A DNA stretch of 64,000 bases from Coraliomargaritaceae bacterium (GTDB taxonomy: Bacteria > Verrucomicrobiota > Verrucomicrobiia > Opitutales > Coraliomargaritaceae): NCBI GenBank assembly GCA_965656495.1, contig CBFHKU010000001.1, positions 306,781-370,780 on the forward strand, in the 5' to 3' direction. The translations under genes were made by a program, and so were the position numbers. Numbering within the stretch: position 1 is the first letter of the stretch; every line of letters begins with the position of its first letter. The notes under the pieces were generated by a model. It was not told the DNA's origin. It did no database searches and saw only the letters and a program-made list of their open reading frames with translations. Of the stretch, positions 1 to 8,881 are shown in pieces.

Positions 1-849
1 AGGCTCGTAGCGGTTTTCACGAATGACGGTGCGCAGGGTTTCAAGGAGGGTTTCTTCGGCTTCGCTCAAATTCTGATTGGCGGCCCATTCGGCGATACTG
101 CCAATGGTGAGATAGCGGGCATGGATGCCGTCCACGATGTCGTGGAGCGAGTAGGCGGTGTCGTCAGCCCAATCCATAATCTGGCATTCGATGCTCTTGA
201 ATTGGTTGAGGGCCTTGGGTTCCTGGAGTTCTGAGGGGAGTTCGCTGCGGTTGAGGATGGTGTCTCGCCAGTTTACTTGCTCGTCATAGATGAAATGGTT
301 TTTGGGAGGGGTGCCATCGCGGGTGATCCACTCGGATTGGAGGGCTTTGTATTTCATGACGCCATCGAGGAAGGCGCGGGTCGGGGCGATGCCCTTGGTG
401 CGACCGGGGCGTTCGTAGATGAGTTCGGTCAGGATGCGGAGGGTTTGGGCGTTGCCCTCGAAGCCGCCGGAGTCCGCCATCAATTCATTGAGTTTGCGCT
501 CGCCGATATGTCCAAAGGGTGGGTGGCCCAGGTCGTGAGCGAGGCCAATCGCCTCGGTGAGGTCGGCATCGATGTAGAAATCCTCGCGCAGGAGGGGGGA
601 GCGGGCGCGGAGGTATTCGCAAATGGAGCGGCTGATTTTGGCGACTTCGATCGAGTGGGTCAGGCGGGTGCGGTAGAAATCGTATTCGCCGGACTGAAAG
701 ACCTGAGTTTTGGATTGGAGACGACGGAAGGGGTAAGAAAAGATGATGCGGTCGCGCTCCACCTGAAAGGGGTTGCGATAATCGGTGTCGGATATATCCG
801 TCGGCGGGAAGCGCTCGAGGTCAAAGTCGTTATAGAAGTTATTGGGCAT
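1..849 (-). CDS. dgt: deoxyguanosinetriphosphate triphosphohydrolase (dGTPase, HD family); 3' part runs off the window
   Basis: Not in the ORF track. Minus-strand translation from ATG at 849 gives [10 protein letters not shown]...[27 protein letters not shown] and later [22 protein letters not shown], both dGTPase signature motifs. Confidence 0.92.
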   Translation of the reverse strand, partial: MPNNFYNDFDLERFPPTDISDTDYRNPFQVERDRIIFSYPFRRLQSKTQVFQSGEYDFYRTRLTHSIEVAKISRSICEYLRARSPLLREDFYIDADLTEAIGLAHDLGHPPFGHIGERKLNELMADSGGFEGNAQTLRILTELIYERPGRTKGIAPTRAFLDGVMKYKALQSEWITRDGTPPKNHFIYDEQVNWRDTILNRSELPSELQEPKALNQFKSIECQIMDWADDTAYSLHDIVDGIHARYLTIGSIAEWAANQNLSEAEETLLETLRTVIRENRYEP

Positions 850-903
850 GGGCTGTACTTCTGCTTGTCAATTGAACCATATCTTGGGATGCTTTTGTTC
901 ATC

Positions 904-1527
904 ATGAAAGCCTCAATCACACCACCCACACGATTTTTACTGATTTTTGTCTGCCTCTTGTCGAGCTGGCTGCCAAGTTTGCAAGCACGGATTGGGGAGA
1001 GTCAAAGCACGATTGAGGCGCGCCTCTTTCGTTCCGGCGGGATTGTTTATCGGGATGATGCGACGGAATTGAACCGTCAGCGGGGCATGCCCTATGTGCC
1101 CCATTTGGAACTGATGCCAGACGTGCGTGTGCGGATCTATTTTAAGAGCGCGGATGGTAGCAAACCGAAGTCCTCAGACATGGATCCGAAGCGGTCATCG
1201 CCCGGATGGGACATTCACGTGCTTTATCTCGGGGGACGCTCGGTGATGGAGGTTTATAAGCGCAGCTCTGGCATGACGAAAGTGGAATACAACCAACTGT
1301 TGAAGTTGCAGGCGGGTGGTTCGTATTGGAAAAAGCTGGGACGTCCGGCAGAGGGCGAGAAGCGTTTGTCGATCTTTGGCTGTGATATGGAGCGCGATGA
1401 CGGCTTGGTGCGTGCGAAGGGCGGGGGTTCGCTTTTATTGGTCACCCGTGAATTGGATGAGGAATTGGCGCGCCGGAAGGCGCAGCAGGAGGAAGCGGAC
1501 GCGCCCACAAGCCTCATGGGTTTCTGA
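904..1527 (+). CDS. hypothetical secreted protein
   Basis: C-terminal part of ORF 277..1527. MKASIT... carries a signal-peptide-like hydrophobic stretch ending LQA/RIGES; the upstream part of the ORF is the antisense shadow of dgt. Confidence 0.7.
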   Translation: MKASITPPTRFLLIFVCLLSSWLPSLQARIGESQSTIEARLFRSGGIVYRDDATELNRQRGMPYVPHLELMPDVRVRIYFKSADGSKPKSSDMDPKRSSPGWDIHVLYLGGRSVMEVYKRSSGMTKVEYNQLLKLQAGGSYWKKLGRPAEGEKRLSIFGCDMERDDGLVRAKGGGSLLLVTRELDEELARRKAQQEEADAPTSLMGF

Positions 1528-1609
1528 TTTTCTAGCGCCAACGGTCGCGAAATGAACTTGGGGGTTGAAAAATCCCTCAAGGCGAACTGTGTAGTGTGTA
1601 TAAGATATT

Positions 1610-3076
1610 ATGGCGAAGGACTGGCTAGATGGTATTGATGACAATTACGACGTGGTGGTGGTAGGCTCCGGTTTGGGCGGCCTGACCAGCGCCAATTATC
1701 TCGCCAAGAATGGGCACAAGGTTTTGTTGCTGGAGCACCACTACCAATTCGGGGGCTTGGCGACCTGGTTCAAGCGCCCCGGGGGTCACATCTTTGATAT
1801 CTCGCTGCACGGTTTTCCCTATGGGATGGTGAAATCCTGCCGCAAATACTGGACACGCGAGATCGCCGACTCCATCCACCAGCTTAAGGACGTGCGATTC
1901 ATCAACCCTCAGATGGATGTTTGGACGACCTTTGACCGGGAGGACTTCACGCGGATTTTGGTGGAGGATTTCGGGATTGAGCGCGAAAAGGTGGAAGGGT
2001 TCTACGCGCACCTCGCGCAAATGAATTTCTACGATGAAAATACCCAGACCACCGGTGAAATGTTTGAGGAATTTTTCCCGGGCCGGAGCGATGTGCACCG
2101 GTTATTGATGGAGCCGATTTCGTATGCAAACGGTTCGCACCTGAATGATCCCGCCATCACCTACGGTATTGTTTTTTCGAACTTCATGAACAAGGGGGTC
2201 TTCACCTTCCAGGGAGGGACGGATACCTTGATCAAGAAGATGGTGGCGGAGTTGAAGGCGAACGGTTGCGAGGTGCGCAAATGCGCTTTGGTCGAAGGCC
2301 TTGATATTAAAGACGGTGAAGTGGTCGGGGTCCGCGCCCGCAGTCAAAACACCGGGGAGGAAACCTTTCCCACGCGGCACATCGCAACACGGGCAGTGCT
2401 CTCTAACGCCAATATCCGCAATACCATCGAGCACCTCGCGGGTGAGGAAAATTTCAGCCCGGAATTTCTGGCAGCGGCGAAGGCGGTCCGCAACAACACC
2501 AGTTCCTGTCAAGTCTATATGGGGATTAAAAAAGGCGAAACGATACCCAATATCGGCGACCTTGTTTTTACCTCGGCGGCACCGGAATACTCCATCGCGG
2601 AGTTGACTTCGATCAAGACAACCAGTCACACCTTCTCGGTTTATTACCCTGAAACACGTCCACATTTAAAGGAACCGCGTTACGCCGTAGTGGCTTCATT
2701 GAATGCGCGCTGGGACGAATGGGCCGCGCTCACTGAGGCGGAGTATCAACGCGAGAAAGCACGTTTGTGTGAGGAATGTCTGGAAAGTTTGGAACGCTTC
2801 ATTCCGGGGGTGCGTGATAAAATCGATCATATTGAAGCGGCGACGCCCCGCACCGTGAATCATTATACCAAATCGATGCAGGGCACCTCCTTTGGAACGA
2901 AATTTGAAGGGTTGAAAGTTTCCATGGATTTACCGGAACAGGTGAAGGGTCTTTATCACGCCGGATCGGTAGGGATCATTATGTCCGGCTGGCTGGGCTC
3001 CATGAACTATGGAGTGATCATCGCCAACAAACTCGATAAGTATTTATACGAAACCCGGACTGCGTTAACGCCCTAA
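1610..3076 (+). CDS. NAD(P)/FAD-dependent oxidoreductase, phytoene dehydrogenase-like family
   Basis: N-terminal [11 protein letters not shown]ossmann motif followed by [15 protein letters not shown] and GLYHAGS near the C-terminus. Confidence 0.85.
   Translation: MAKDWLDGIDDNYDVVVVGSGLGGLTSANYLAKNGHKVLLLEHHYQFGGLATWFKRPGGHIFDISLHGFPYGMVKSCRKYWTREIADSIHQLKDVRFINPQMDVWTTFDREDFTRILVEDFGIEREKVEGFYAHLAQMNFYDENTQTTGEMFEEFFPGRSDVHRLLMEPISYANGSHLNDPAITYGIVFSNFMNKGVFTFQGGTDTLIKKMVAELKANGCEVRKCALVEGLDIKDGEVVGVRARSQNTGEETFPTRHIATRAVLSNANIRNTIEHLAGEENFSPEFLAAAKAVRNNTSSCQVYMGIKKGETIPNIGDLVFTSAAPEYSIAELTSIKTTSHTFSVYYPETRPHLKEPRYAVVASLNARWDEWAALTEAEYQREKARLCEECLESLERFIPGVRDKIDHIEAATPRTVNHYTKSMQGTSFGTKFEGLKVSMDLPEQVKGLYHAGSVGIIMSGWLGSMNYGVIIANKLDKYLYETRTALTP
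3012..3076 (+). repeat. left copy of 65-bp direct repeat (3' end of the oxidoreductase gene)
   Basis: 57/65 identical to 9619..9683 by manual alignment. Confidence 0.92.
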
Positions 3077-3144
3077 GTTTTTATTAGAGGACATTGGATA
3101 ATTTTTAGTGGCGCTGCCGGTTGCGGAGTAGAAGCCTTGCAATG

Positions 3145-3209
3145 GCAAAATGCGGAGCGGGGTGACCCGGGGCGTCAGTCCCCGAGTTGAGCCGCGCGAC
3201 TGGTTCTAC
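3145..3209 (-). other. attC site, terminal, core mutated (ATT instead of GTT)
   Basis: Minus strand GTAGAAC-CAGTC-GCGCGGCTCAACTCGGGACTGACGCCCCGGGTCACCCCGC-TCCGC-ATTTTGC. Confidence 0.75.
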
Positions 3210-3658
3210 TCCATTTCTTCACCTAAACCTTCGAGGTCAGCGAGATCTTTCAGTCGACCGCTGCTTCGCTTGTTTTTAACTAAGTCTTCGTAAGCCAGAA
3301 ATGGTATGGCTATACCATCCGCTTCGATTTGTATTCTGTTTTCGTAGCTGTTCGAGAAATCAATGCCTGTGGCTTCTGTTATAACTTCAATTCTCATCGG
3401 TGGTGTCCCCATCCTGAAAGCATTTCCCTTTTCTTTGAAGAAGTCCTTTGAGATACCAGATGGAACACCAAACTCGACTAAGGATTCAATCAGTCCATCC
3501 ACGTTTTCATCTTCAGTGCCAATCCAAATGTCCATATCGCCCGTTGCGCGAACATAGCCATGGACTCCCAGTGCCCAGCCTCCAACGATTAAGTATCTAA
3601 CTTGCTTCTCGTTTAAGATACTCAGGAAATCTCTGAAGTCGTCCGGTAGATGCCGCAT
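3206..3658 (-). CDS. nucleotidyltransferase family protein (DUF6036-like), TA-type cassette
   Basis: YLIVGGWALGVHGYVRATGDMDI motif and C-terminal KRSSGRLKDLADL. Confidence 0.82.
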   Translation of the reverse strand: MRHLPDDFRDFLSILNEKQVRYLIVGGWALGVHGYVRATGDMDIWIGTEDENVDGLIESLVEFGVPSGISKDFFKEKGNAFRMGTPPMRIEVITEATGIDFSNSYENRIQIEADGIAIPFLAYEDLVKNKRSSGRLKDLADLEGLGEEME

Positions 3659-3797
3659 CGCCCCAAAATGCTTCTCTCAATTGCTGAACGCAAGCCAACC
3701 TTTCCTTCATGGTGAGCTGAGAGCAGTCCTTTCGATAGGCTGATTCAGATGAACTCTGCCTGCTAAATTCAATCTGTAGATTCCGTCTTTTCTCCAT
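3597..3797 (-). CDS. small hypothetical partner of the nucleotidyltransferase
   Basis: 66 aa with a T..ERL..V..LRE pattern of the kind seen upstream of such NTases; overlaps the NTase start. Confidence 0.6.
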   Translation of the reverse strand: MEKRRNLQIEFSRQSSSESAYRKDCSQLTMKERLACVQQLREAFWGDAASTGRLQRFPEYLKREAS

Positions 3798-3879
3798 CGT
3801 TCATTGGACGATAGCTGATCAATATTGGGAGTCTACCAAAATGTGAATCATCGCTTGCTTTGAAAGCGTCCATTTTCTT

Positions 3880-3898
3880 GTAGAACGTCAATAGTAGC
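3880..3898 (-). other. half attC site (L'-spacer-R' only)
   Basis: Minus strand GCTACTA-TTGAC-GTTCTAC; GTTCTAC is the exact complement of the GTAGAAC inverse core at 3203..3209. Confidence 0.7.
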
Positions 3899-3977
3899 TT
3901 GTTTCTACAGCATGGATGATTGAGTTCACCGATAAAGCGGGAAGCTAGAGGAAGGTGAGGAACTTTATTCTTTTTTC
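3887..3977 (-). pseudogene. eroded cassette remnant
   Basis: Follows GTTGGCT-GAAAAAAGA with ATA where sibling cassettes have ATG; reads (I)KFLTFL*LPALSVNSIIHAVET and then runs into a half attC. Confidence 0.45.
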
Positions 3978-4033
3978 AGCCAACGTCAGAGGAGTGGCGC
4001 GCCTACGGCGTTGCCTCAAGCGACTTGTTCTGC
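3978..4033 (-). other. attC site
   Basis: Minus strand GCAGAAC-AAGTC-GCTTGAGGCAACGCCGTAGGCGCGCCACTCC-TCTGAC-GTTGGCT; L' box is imperfect. Confidence 0.8.
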
Positions 4034-4034
4034 T

Positions 4035-4598
4035 TTAGTTTTTGATTAGGCGGATGATGCCCCAAACCATTAGGGCAATCAAGGAAATGGAAATGTAGAA
4101 GAACTTGATCGCTAAAATCGGGATTGCTATCGCAATGAACATCAAGTTTCCCAGCAGTGGAGTCCAGAAATTTGGATTCCGTGGCTCTACCCACTCAATA
4201 TTCTGTATTCCTTTTCCTTTGATAGCATCTAGGAAGGCAGTCTTCGTAAAGGGGCCAAGCGGTTCGTTTGTCGTCTTCGGAATCAAAAAATACCATTCTT
4301 TACCGTAGTCGACATTTTCAAAAGTGTCGCCCTCGAAAAGATCCCTGAGAACCCTACCGGCATTCTTGGTGAGAATAAACTCACTCTTCATATCGTAGGC
4401 AACGACAGGCCCGACCTCGGCAAAGTCTTGCGGATACAGAATAAGACTCCCGCCAGTTTGTCCTATACATACCTCCATGCTATTGGCGCGAAAAATCATG
4501 TAGCCATCGCCAATGTCAAGGCTGTAATCATTCCAGCCGGTGGCATGGGCACTGCCTGAAATAGACACCAAGGCGAGAATGGCTAAGATTCGATTCAT
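4035..4598 (-). CDS. cassette-encoded exported protein with C-terminal membrane anchor (DUF3997-like)
   Basis: True start is MNRILAIL at 4598, just after the attC GTT. Signal peptide ends AHA, followed by DYSLDIGDGY; hydrophobic C-terminus. Confidence 0.7.
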   Translation of the reverse strand: MNRILAILALVSISGSAHATGWNDYSLDIGDGYMIFRANSMEVCIGQTGGSLILYPQDFAEVGPVVAYDMKSEFILTKNAGRVLRDLFEGDTFENVDYGKEWYFLIPKTTNEPLGPFTKTAFLDAIKGKGIQNIEWVEPRNPNFWTPLLGNLMFIAIAIPILAIKFFYISISLIALMVWGIIRLIKN

Positions 4599-4606
4599 TT
4601 TCTTTC

Positions 4607-4664
4607 GCAGAACGCGAAGGTGACTCACGCGCGGTAGCGCGTTGAGTCCACCGCCTTGTTGGTC
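4607..4664 (-). other. attC site
   Basis: Minus strand GACCAAC-AAGGC-GGTGGACTCAACGCGCTACCGCGCGTGAGTCACC-TTCGC-GTTCTGC, with the extra-helical base in L''. Confidence 0.92.
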
Positions 4665-4711
4665 ATTGTTTTTTATAGGGCTGAGATGCTCAAATGGCGA
4701 GCAAGCTTTTC

Positions 4712-4747
4712 TTGACGACGCGTGTCGCATGATTTATGACACTCGTC
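4712..4747 (+). promoter_or_regulatory. sigma70-type promoter of the MTase operon containing two GAC-N4-GTC sites
   Basis: TTGACG (4712)-17 bp-TATGAC (4735)-7 bp-ATG (4748); GACgcgtGTC at 4717..4726 and GACactcGTC at 4738..4747. Confidence 0.65.
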
Positions 4748-6439
4748 ATGATGAAAAAGCTCATAAATCCAGTGCTCCAAACCTTGCGCCAGACGCTAGA
4801 AGACAAATTCTTCTACAAGGCTTCAGGCTTCGATGGTCGCACGAAGATTCTCACGATTGGCGAAGACCACGGAGGCACCCGCGACAACGCACTTTGCTTC
4901 GAGGTTTACGCTGGGGCTCCATTCGTTCTCTTTGTGGCGTTCGGTGCCGAAGCTACGAAAATGCTTCGGCAGTGCGCTTTCGACTATGCCTTGGGGACAG
5001 AAACCATCGGAACTGTGGCTTTCTTCGATCAAGAAACAGAGGATTTCGAGGCATTTAGAAGACGCTTTCGCGATAGTGAGTTCGAAGCCGTTAAAGGCAT
5101 CGAATACTACTACAAAGGTTCTGCAGGTGGTGAGATGCGCTTGTTCGAAGATTCTGGCGAATACAAAATGAAAGGCGAACGCGAAGATTCAAAGCTCATT
5201 CCGATCACCAATAAGCTTGAAGACCTTTTCTTCGAAATTCACTCGGTAATGCGGGATATCGACGGGCTTCACGCCGATGCCGCACTAGAAGAACTCTGCA
5301 AGCTCCTCTACCTGAAATCTCATCTTGAGGAGCAAGTGGGCAGTCTGCCTTTTTCTCCCGTCAAGACTTCGTCGTTCGGAACAGTAGAAGAATATGCGTC
5401 TTGTCTCAGAGGGCTATACCGAGAGGCCATAGATTATGATCTTCGAGTGTATCGGCTAAAAATTCCAGAATATGAACGTTCGCGAGGTGTGTTCAATCTG
5501 CCGATCTTTCTTTCAAGTGCGGCTCTAGTTAAAGCTTTTCAGCAAATTGAAGACTTTTCACTCTCTCGAACGGATGCCGATCTTAAGGGACGGGCATTCC
5601 AAAAGGTCCTCACGAAATCAGTGCGGTCAGGCATGGGTCAATACTTCACGCCAGTGCCAGTTTGCCGTTTGATGGTCGGCATCACTAGCCCATCAAGTTC
5701 AGATCTCGTGCTTGATCCTTTCTGCGGTTCAGGCCACTTCCTAACCGAGTCTCTTGCTCACGTGAGGCATTCTGCATCAGATCACACAAAGGAGTATCAT
5801 GAATTCGCATTCGGAAAGCTGCACGGCATCGAAAAGAGTGACCGAATGACTCGGGTAGCCATGACCGATATGCGATTGAATGGAGATGGCCATTCAAACA
5901 TTCGATGCACCGATGCCCTTTTGGAATTCCGCAACTACCCCGATATCAAGCCCGATAGTTTCGATCTAATTCTTACGAATCCACCCTTTGGATCAATTCT
6001 TGGGGTGGAGGCATTTTCTGCTCTTGGGCATTTCGAGCTTTCTGAGAATCGGAAAAAGGTTCCTCTCGAAATCGTAGGACTAGAGCGAGCAATTCAGTTC
6101 CTGCGACCTGGTGGGCGTATTGGAATCGTCCTTCCAGAGAGTGTCTTCAGTGCCGAATCTTGTAGGCACGTTAGAGAATGGCTTTCGAATCATCTCGCAA
6201 TTCGTATTGTGATCGATCTTCCAAACGAGACATTCGCGCCCTTCGGTGCCAACGTTCGAAGCGGGGTGCTTTTTGGACGGAAGCTTAGGCCGGGTGAAAA
6301 AGCTGAGCCGAAGGCCAGGGTTTGCATGATTCGAATTGATAGCCTTGGATACGATGCATCTGGCAGAGACACAGGTGGCTCGGAAGCAGAAGAGGCCGTC
6401 AAGGTAGCATCGGACTTTCTTAGAAAGGAGGGTTGGTAA
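4748..6439 (+). CDS. N6-adenine DNA methyltransferase, HsdM-like M subunit
   Basis: GQYFTP, DPFCGSGHFL (motif I), ILTNPPFG (motif IV), LRPGGRIGIVLP. Start could be 4736, 4748 or 4751. Confidence 0.92.
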   Translation: MMKKLINPVLQTLRQTLEDKFFYKASGFDGRTKILTIGEDHGGTRDNALCFEVYAGAPFVLFVAFGAEATKMLRQCAFDYALGTETIGTVAFFDQETEDFEAFRRRFRDSEFEAVKGIEYYYKGSAGGEMRLFEDSGEYKMKGEREDSKLIPITNKLEDLFFEIHSVMRDIDGLHADAALEELCKLLYLKSHLEEQVGSLPFSPVKTSSFGTVEEYASCLRGLYREAIDYDLRVYRLKIPEYERSRGVFNLPIFLSSAALVKAFQQIEDFSLSRTDADLKGRAFQKVLTKSVRSGMGQYFTPVPVCRLMVGITSPSSSDLVLDPFCGSGHFLTESLAHVRHSASDHTKEYHEFAFGKLHGIEKSDRMTRVAMTDMRLNGDGHSNIRCTDALLEFRNYPDIKPDSFDLILTNPPFGSILGVEAFSALGHFELSENRKKVPLEIVGLERAIQFLRPGGRIGIVLPESVFSAESCRHVREWLSNHLAIRIVIDLPNETFAPFGANVRSGVLFGRKLRPGEKAEPKARVCMIRIDSLGYDASGRDTGGSEAEEAVKVASDFLRKEGW

Positions 6440-7101
6440 TGAAAACTAGAACTATATTGGTCTCTGACCTCTTAGAAGTTGGAAAATGGAGAGCTGATCT
6501 CCACGTTCATTCGGACTCAGAGATCAAATCCGATCGCTTCGAACTACTTGCAATCGGCGAGATAGTCGTTGAGTCTAAGCAAGCAACAGACCCTGCCGAC
6601 GTAGATGGACAGTTTTACTACATCGGACTTGAACATGTTGAACCTGTCACTGGCGATGGTAACGGGATTGAACTTGTTACAGCGGAAAGTGTTCGATCTC
6701 GGTCGAAAATGTTCGAGGAGGGCGACATTCTCTATGGACGACTTCGTCCCTATCTCAGGAAAGCGTTCTTCGTGGAAGGGCTTTACAAGCGAGGACTCTG
6801 CTCGACAGAGTTCGTCGTCTTAAAACCAAAAAAGGACATGATTCTCCCGCTATTCCTTCGAGAAGTCCTAGTGTCTGATATGGTGACTGAACTCGTTACG
6901 CGAATGCAAGGAGGCGCGGCACTCCCTCGAATCTCGTCGAAGGATCTATTAGGTATTAAGGTTCCAGTTCCGCCTTTGTCCTACCAAAAGGAGTGTGTTG
7001 CTAAGATCGAGAAGGCTCGGACTCAGCGCCATGAACTGTTGCAAAGGATCGAAGCACTATCAAAAGAAGGGAGTCGGGTTGTTGAGGAGGTATTCTCGTA
7101 G
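6439..7101 (+). CDS. half-size (single-TRD) specificity subunit, HsdS-like
   Basis: GDILYGRLRPYLRK, STEFVVL and GAALPRIS...VPVPPLSYQ followed by a coiled coil; about 220 aa; ATG overlaps the M stop (TAATG). Confidence 0.88.
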   Translation: MKTRTILVSDLLEVGKWRADLHVHSDSEIKSDRFELLAIGEIVVESKQATDPADVDGQFYYIGLEHVEPVTGDGNGIELVTAESVRSRSKMFEEGDILYGRLRPYLRKAFFVEGLYKRGLCSTEFVVLKPKKDMILPLFLREVLVSDMVTELVTRMQGGAALPRISSKDLLGIKVPVPPLSYQKECVAKIEKARTQRHELLQRIEALSKEGSRVVEEVFS

Positions 7102-7115
7102 TCCAGTCAACACAT

Positions 7116-7910
7116 TCACTTGATGGCTTTTGCGACTCTCGGAAAGTTCCTCGCCATGAAATCGATGAAACGGGCTTTCGTAGCGTCTGACTCATATTCC
7201 CGTTTGAGGATTTCCTTACCCCTGCTGCCACGTGAACCTAGCATTCTCAAAAGCCCGCCGAAGTTTGCGGCATAGGAGACTCCCGATCCTCTGGCAGACT
7301 CAGGCCCAGTTCTCCTTTCGCGGATGCCCGAAGCATTAAGCGGTTCGCCTTTATGGGCACCGTCTTTGACAAAGGTTCCTCCGCGTTCTAGGTGCAGCAC
7401 ATCTCTTAGCTCAGCGATTGGCAGAGCATAGCCGACGAAGTAGTCTAAGATTGCAGGGTAAACATTTTTTGAGCCTTTTTTGTGTTGCGTCCAATCCCAG
7501 AGAAAAACCGCAAGCAGTTCGTTGTGAGCGAACTCGTGCTGAAGTCGGTCAAAATGGGCCTTTGATTCGTCCGCCGAAGCAACCATGGATTTAACTTCAA
7601 TTCGGAACAACTCGCCTTTTTTTGATACAGGATCCCAGTCCCCGTCTGTCAGAACACAAGCGAAATCATTATATTCGTGTCCATAGATCCAGCCAAGCTC
7701 GTAGTCGATGCCGTCTTCAGCCTTCAGAATTCGATTTACCTGAAATCCCCATAACGCTTCGACCACACTACCCATGCCGCTCCCGATGCGGCCTCCTCGC
7801 GTCACAAACATTTTTCGCGTGAAGGCATTTACGGCATCAATCGCTGAATGCGTGCTTGTGATTACTTTTTCAGCAGCTGAGTGCGCGTGGTCTGTAGGTT
7901 TGTCTGGCAT
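7116..7910 (-). CDS. putative Type II restriction endonuclease (PD-(D/E)XK-like)
   Basis: Convergent with M-S inside the same cassette; G..VEAL, YNDFAC and IEVKS fit the E...D...ExK catalytic layout. Confidence 0.7.
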   Translation of the reverse strand: MPDKPTDHAHSAAEKVITSTHSAIDAVNAFTRKMFVTRGGRIGSGMGSVVEALWGFQVNRILKAEDGIDYELGWIYGHEYNDFACVLTDGDWDPVSKKGELFRIEVKSMVASADESKAHFDRLQHEFAHNELLAVFLWDWTQHKKGSKNVYPAILDYFVGYALPIAELRDVLHLERGGTFVKDGAHKGEPLNASGIRERRTGPESARGSGVSYAANFGGLLRMLGSRGSRGKEILKREYESDATKARFIDFMARNFPRVAKAIK

Positions 7911-7928
7911 TTGTGTCTTCTATTTTTT

Positions 7929-7988
7929 GCCCAACGTCAAAGCTCAGGCGCGCGGCTTGTCCGCGTTGCCTGCAGCGTCTTGTTCGGA
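7929..7988 (-). other. attC site
   Basis: Minus strand TCCGAAC-AAGAC-GCTGCAGGCAACGCGGACAAGCCGCGCGCCTGAGC-TTTGAC-GTTGGGC. Confidence 0.92.
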
Positions 7989-8804
7989 TTTTATGGGTTT
8001 AAGGTCTTCAAGTGACATGACGGTGGGACACGGAGTCATTCCTTGAGGAACATCAAATTTCAACTTCAATGTAGATCCCAAGTCAGATGATCCATAGCCG
8101 TGAGCCCATAAAAACAACTCGCAACCAAGGGCAGAGGGCGTAGCAAGTATTCCGCCTTCTACAGGCGGCTCAAAATTTTGCGGACGCCTCTTCTTGAGGC
8201 TGTCACCATTCCCATAGACAAAAGTCTCGATTAAATCCTCTTTGTTAAGACCAAAAAAAGCATGATTAAGAATGGATGATATTTGCTTCATCTCATCTGA
8301 GGTGAACTCCATTGCCGCGAAATACGACGAGAACGGAATCAACACCTCAAGCTTACTTCTGTCATCCATATTGAACTGGAAATCCTGCCCAATGAAGCGG
8401 TCATAGATGCTTCGATAGAATACGTAGTGACTTCTTACTTGGTAGCTAGACAGCCTTGCGACTAGCGAGGACCAAGATGCCCCACGGTCATCACGACTTA
8501 TTTTTGATCGAGATGATGCTAAAACGCCTCCAAAGTATTCTGCCGTAAGCGGGTCACTACAGAATGAACCCTTGTCAAGGACCTCTTTCAAAACTCTGGG
8601 AGGAATTGCTTCTGGTTCTTCGATTTTGTCTCCGAGTTTCTTTTGTGCGTTTTGGAAGATCGCCGAGACGTTATTTACGCGTTGCTCGGTCCAAGATTGG
8701 ATTCCCCCACCGATATATTCGGCCGTGGGGCCCAGCAGCTTTTCTACAAGCTTAGCACCACCTAAAGCAGATCCGAGTATTGCGAGTCCTGTTCCTGGTT
8801 CCAT
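7944..8804 (-). CDS. cassette protein, Abi-alpha/DUF4393-like
   Basis: KLLGPTAEYIG...IPPRVLKEVLDKGSFCSDPLTAEYFGGVLASS...LVARLS resembles the DUF4393 pattern; stop codon lies inside the attC. Confidence 0.6.
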   Translation of the reverse strand: MEPGTGLAILGSALGGAKLVEKLLGPTAEYIGGGIQSWTEQRVNNVSAIFQNAQKKLGDKIEEPEAIPPRVLKEVLDKGSFCSDPLTAEYFGGVLASSRSKISRDDRGASWSSLVARLSSYQVRSHYVFYRSIYDRFIGQDFQFNMDDRSKLEVLIPFSSYFAAMEFTSDEMKQISSILNHAFFGLNKEDLIETFVYGNGDSLKKRRPQNFEPPVEGGILATPSALGCELFLWAHGYGSSDLGSTLKLKFDVPQGMTPCPTVMSLEDLKPIKSEQDAAGNADKPRA

Positions 8805-8814
8805 ATTCTTTTTC

Positions 8815-8881
8815 TCCGAACTTAGAGAGTAGCCGACGCCTAGGCGCAGCCTAGGTGTTGCGCTATCTCGACTGGTTGGCT
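8815..8881 (-). other. attC site
   Basis: Minus strand AGCCAAC-CAGTC-GAGATAGCGCAACACCTAGGCTGCGCCTAGGCGTCGGCTACTC-TCTAA-GTTCGGA. Confidence 0.9.

Noticed and set aside
277..903. N-terminal 209 aa of ORF 277..1527
   Set aside because: Antisense shadow of dgt; the real gene starts near 904.
4599..4730. N-terminal extension of ORF 4035..4730
   Set aside because: Runs across an attC site and the MTase promoter; the cassette ATG at 4598 gives a clean signal peptide.
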